From a virus (taxonomy: Duplodnaviria; Caudoviricetes), in the IMG/VR virus record IMGVR_UViG_3300032093_000174, positions 1 through 55,093 of that record: a stretch of 55,093 nt of DNA. One strand, 5' to 3'. The notes below the pieces were generated by a model. That model was not told the origin of the DNA and searched no databases. It worked only from the letters and a program-made list of their open reading frames with translations. The position numbers were made by a program, and so were the translations under genes. Shown piece after piece: positions 53,087-55,093 of this stretch (within the stretch, counting starts at the first letter, position 1; every line of letters begins with the position of its first letter).

Positions 53087-54924
53087 TGACTGGCAACATT
53101 ACTGTCACGCAAGACAACACGCAACTTGTTATTACAGAAGAGAGCGGCAACGAAGTGGTGGTTCTTGCCGCCAGTTCTCCCTCCATTGCTCTGAGTGGAA
53201 ACGGACCACAGGGCGCAATTGGCGCCACAGGCGCATCTGGCGTGATTGGTGCCACTGGCGCAACAGGCGCTGGTGTGACTGGCGCAACTGGCGTGCAGGG
53301 TGCCACTGGCATTCAAGGAGCCACGGGCGTTACTGGCGCTAGTGGTCCGGTGGGTGCCACTGGAGTGGTGGGCGTTACGGGCGCCACGGGAGCGCAAGGT
53401 GCCACTGGTGTGGGTATCACAGGAGCAACTGGCGTAGTGGGCGTTACAGGCGCCACGGGAGCAACTGGCATTCAAGGGGCCACGGGCCCGGTGGGTATTA
53501 CTGGGGCCACGGGTGCTACCGGCGTGATTGGCGTTAGTGGCGCTACCGGGCCAATTGGCGCCACTGGCGTGATTGGTCCTACTGGTGTGTCAGGCCCCAC
53601 TGGAGCGACCGGCGCTTTGGGTGCTACTGGCGTTCAAGGGGTGACAGGTGCCACGGGAGTAGTGGGCGTGTCTGGTGCCACTGGCCCGGCAGGAATCACA
53701 GGGGCAACTGGCGCAATTGGCGTGTCAGGGGCGACGGGCGCCACTGGAGCGACGGGCGTTACTGGCGCCACGGGCGTTGGTATCACTGGTGCTACTGGTG
53801 CTACTGGCGTTGCTGGCGTGAGTGCTGCAGGTCGCATTTGGTATTTCCGTCAAGCCAATTCCGACATTAGCGGCTACGAATCGTTACAGCCAGACAGGCC
53901 TGATTCAGATCCACAAGATGACATGACTGCCGTGGTGGTTAATACCAGCGGTCAAGTGATCATTGAAGAATTTGCCACTGATGCTGGCGATCCAGGCATC
54001 ACTGAAATTCCCTCTGGCGAGTATGAGTTTCGTTTCTGGAGTTACGTTAGTAGCGCGAGTGGGAGCACCAATCTTGTCTTCAAAGTTTACAAGCGCAACA
54101 CTGGTGGCACTGAAACTCTCCTGTTTGAACTTGATAGCCCCGAGATCGACGCCACAAGTAGCAACTATTACACAGCGCTAAGGGTTCTTGTCAGTCCTCT
54201 CACCATCTCCGATACTGATCGAATTGTTGTAAAAGTTTATGCTGAAACCACTCACACTAGCAATGTCACTGCTCATTTCCTGCATTCAGGCATAACCCCT
54301 AGCAGCATTCGCACTGCCATTGCTCAAGGCTATATCGGCCCGCAAGGGGCGACTGGCGCCACTGGCGTGATTGGTCCCACTGGTGCATCTGGCGTGGTTG
54401 GCGTGAGTGGTGCTACTGGTGCCATTGGCGTGAGTGGTGCTACGGGAGTTATTGGTGTAAGTGGTGCAACAGGGGCCACTGGTGTGCAGGGCGCCACTGG
54501 CGTGATTGGCATTACAGGCGCCACTGGAGTGCAGGGTCCAACGGGTGCCACTGGGGTGGAGGGAGTTACGGGCGCTACTGGGGCTACTGGCGTTATTGGA
54601 GTATCTGGAGCCACTGGGGTGCAGGGGGCGACTGGCGTGGTTGGCGTTACCGGGGCTACTGGTGTGACTGGCGCCACTGGTGTGACTGGCGCCACTGGAG
54701 TGCAAGGTGCCACGGGGGTAGTGGGCGTATCAGGGGCCACTGGTGCGACGGGAGTTGCTGGGGTGACTGGAGCCACTGGGGTGCAGGGGGCGACGGGGCC
54801 AATTGGCATCACGGGCGCCACTGGGGTGGTAGGCGTATCGGGGGCAACAGGGGCTACAGGCCCTGCAAGCGCAACAAGCTACGGCGCCATTCTTGCTATT
54901 CATTACGGCGCAGCAGTGCCCTAA
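53083..54924 (+). CDS. collagen-like (G-X-T) fibre protein with central globular domain
   Basis: Two long G-X-Y tracts dominated by GAT, GVT and GVS. Confidence 0.88.
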   Translation: MMTGNITVTQDNTQLVITEESGNEVVVLAASSPSIALSGNGPQGAIGATGASGVIGATGATGAGVTGATGVQGATGIQGATGVTGASGPVGATGVVGVTGATGAQGATGVGITGATGVVGVTGATGATGIQGATGPVGITGATGATGVIGVSGATGPIGATGVIGPTGVSGPTGATGALGATGVQGVTGATGVVGVSGATGPAGITGATGAIGVSGATGATGATGVTGATGVGITGATGATGVAGVSAAGRIWYFRQANSDISGYESLQPDRPDSDPQDDMTAVVVNTSGQVIIEEFATDAGDPGITEIPSGEYEFRFWSYVSSASGSTNLVFKVYKRNTGGTETLLFELDSPEIDATSSNYYTALRVLVSPLTISDTDRIVVKVYAETTHTSNVTAHFLHSGITPSSIRTAIAQGYIGPQGATGATGVIGPTGASGVVGVSGATGAIGVSGATGVIGVSGATGATGVQGATGVIGITGATGVQGPTGATGVEGVTGATGATGVIGVSGATGVQGATGVVGVTGATGVTGATGVTGATGVQGATGVVGVSGATGATGVAGVTGATGVQGATGPIGITGATGVVGVSGATGATGPASATSYGAILAIHYGAAVP

Positions 54925-54942
54925 CATTCACTTTTATCCGCC

Positions 54943-55093
54943 ATGCCCGCTAACACTTCGCCCATTTGGACGTTAACCCCAAACGTCAGTCATGCCGACA
55001 TCTTGACTACAGCCGTAAACCTGAATACCACGGCCCCTGGTACAGTAGGGACCAACTGTTTCGTAGCATTTACATCTGGCGTAAACGGCTCTT
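54943..55093 (+). CDS. 5' part of a structural/hypothetical protein (MPANTSPIWTLTP…)
   Basis: Open to the window end. Confidence 0.6.
   Translation, partial: MPANTSPIWTLTPNVSHADILTTAVNLNTTAPGTVGTNCFVAFTSGVNGS

Noticed and set aside
53200-54870. Non-coding tandem repeat
   Set aside because: Third positions vary freely; the repeat is at the protein (collagen G-X-Y) level
1-55093. Stop-codon reassignment, introns/inteins, integrase/att, photosystem genes
   Set aside because: Genes are full-length in the standard code, and no such motifs were seen in this window

Overview
The window is part of a tailed dsDNA phage genome with siphovirus-type morphogenesis genes. The host is most likely a picocyanobacterium (Synechococcus/Cyanobium-like), inferred from the cyanophage-type ribonucleotide reductase, a CP12-like gene and cyanobacterial regulator boxes. 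Layout: (1) 1-7010, small early/accessory genes, many with their own sigma70-like promoter and a conserved 5' GNRA hairpin. (2) 7006-10330, a largely non-coding, compositionally odd region around a Gp88-family gene, probably containing the genome end or origin. It is packed with arrays resembling host transcription-factor sites (LexA, Fur, RpaB/HLR1, LysR-type, possibly NtcA). (3) 10430-16060, nucleotide metabolism and small genes, tRNA-Leu(UAA) and a tRNA-like element. (4) 16112-55093, terminase (opposite strand), portal, a glycosylation cassette, head, tail, tape measure and fibre genes. The most novel-looking signals are the multi-regulator binding-site arrays, the same boxes at fixed spacing in early promoters, three structured ncRNA candidates each with an extended -10 promoter, and three covarying stem-loops in the ORF-free region. 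All family assignments come from recognising motifs by eye; no searches or folding programs were run.
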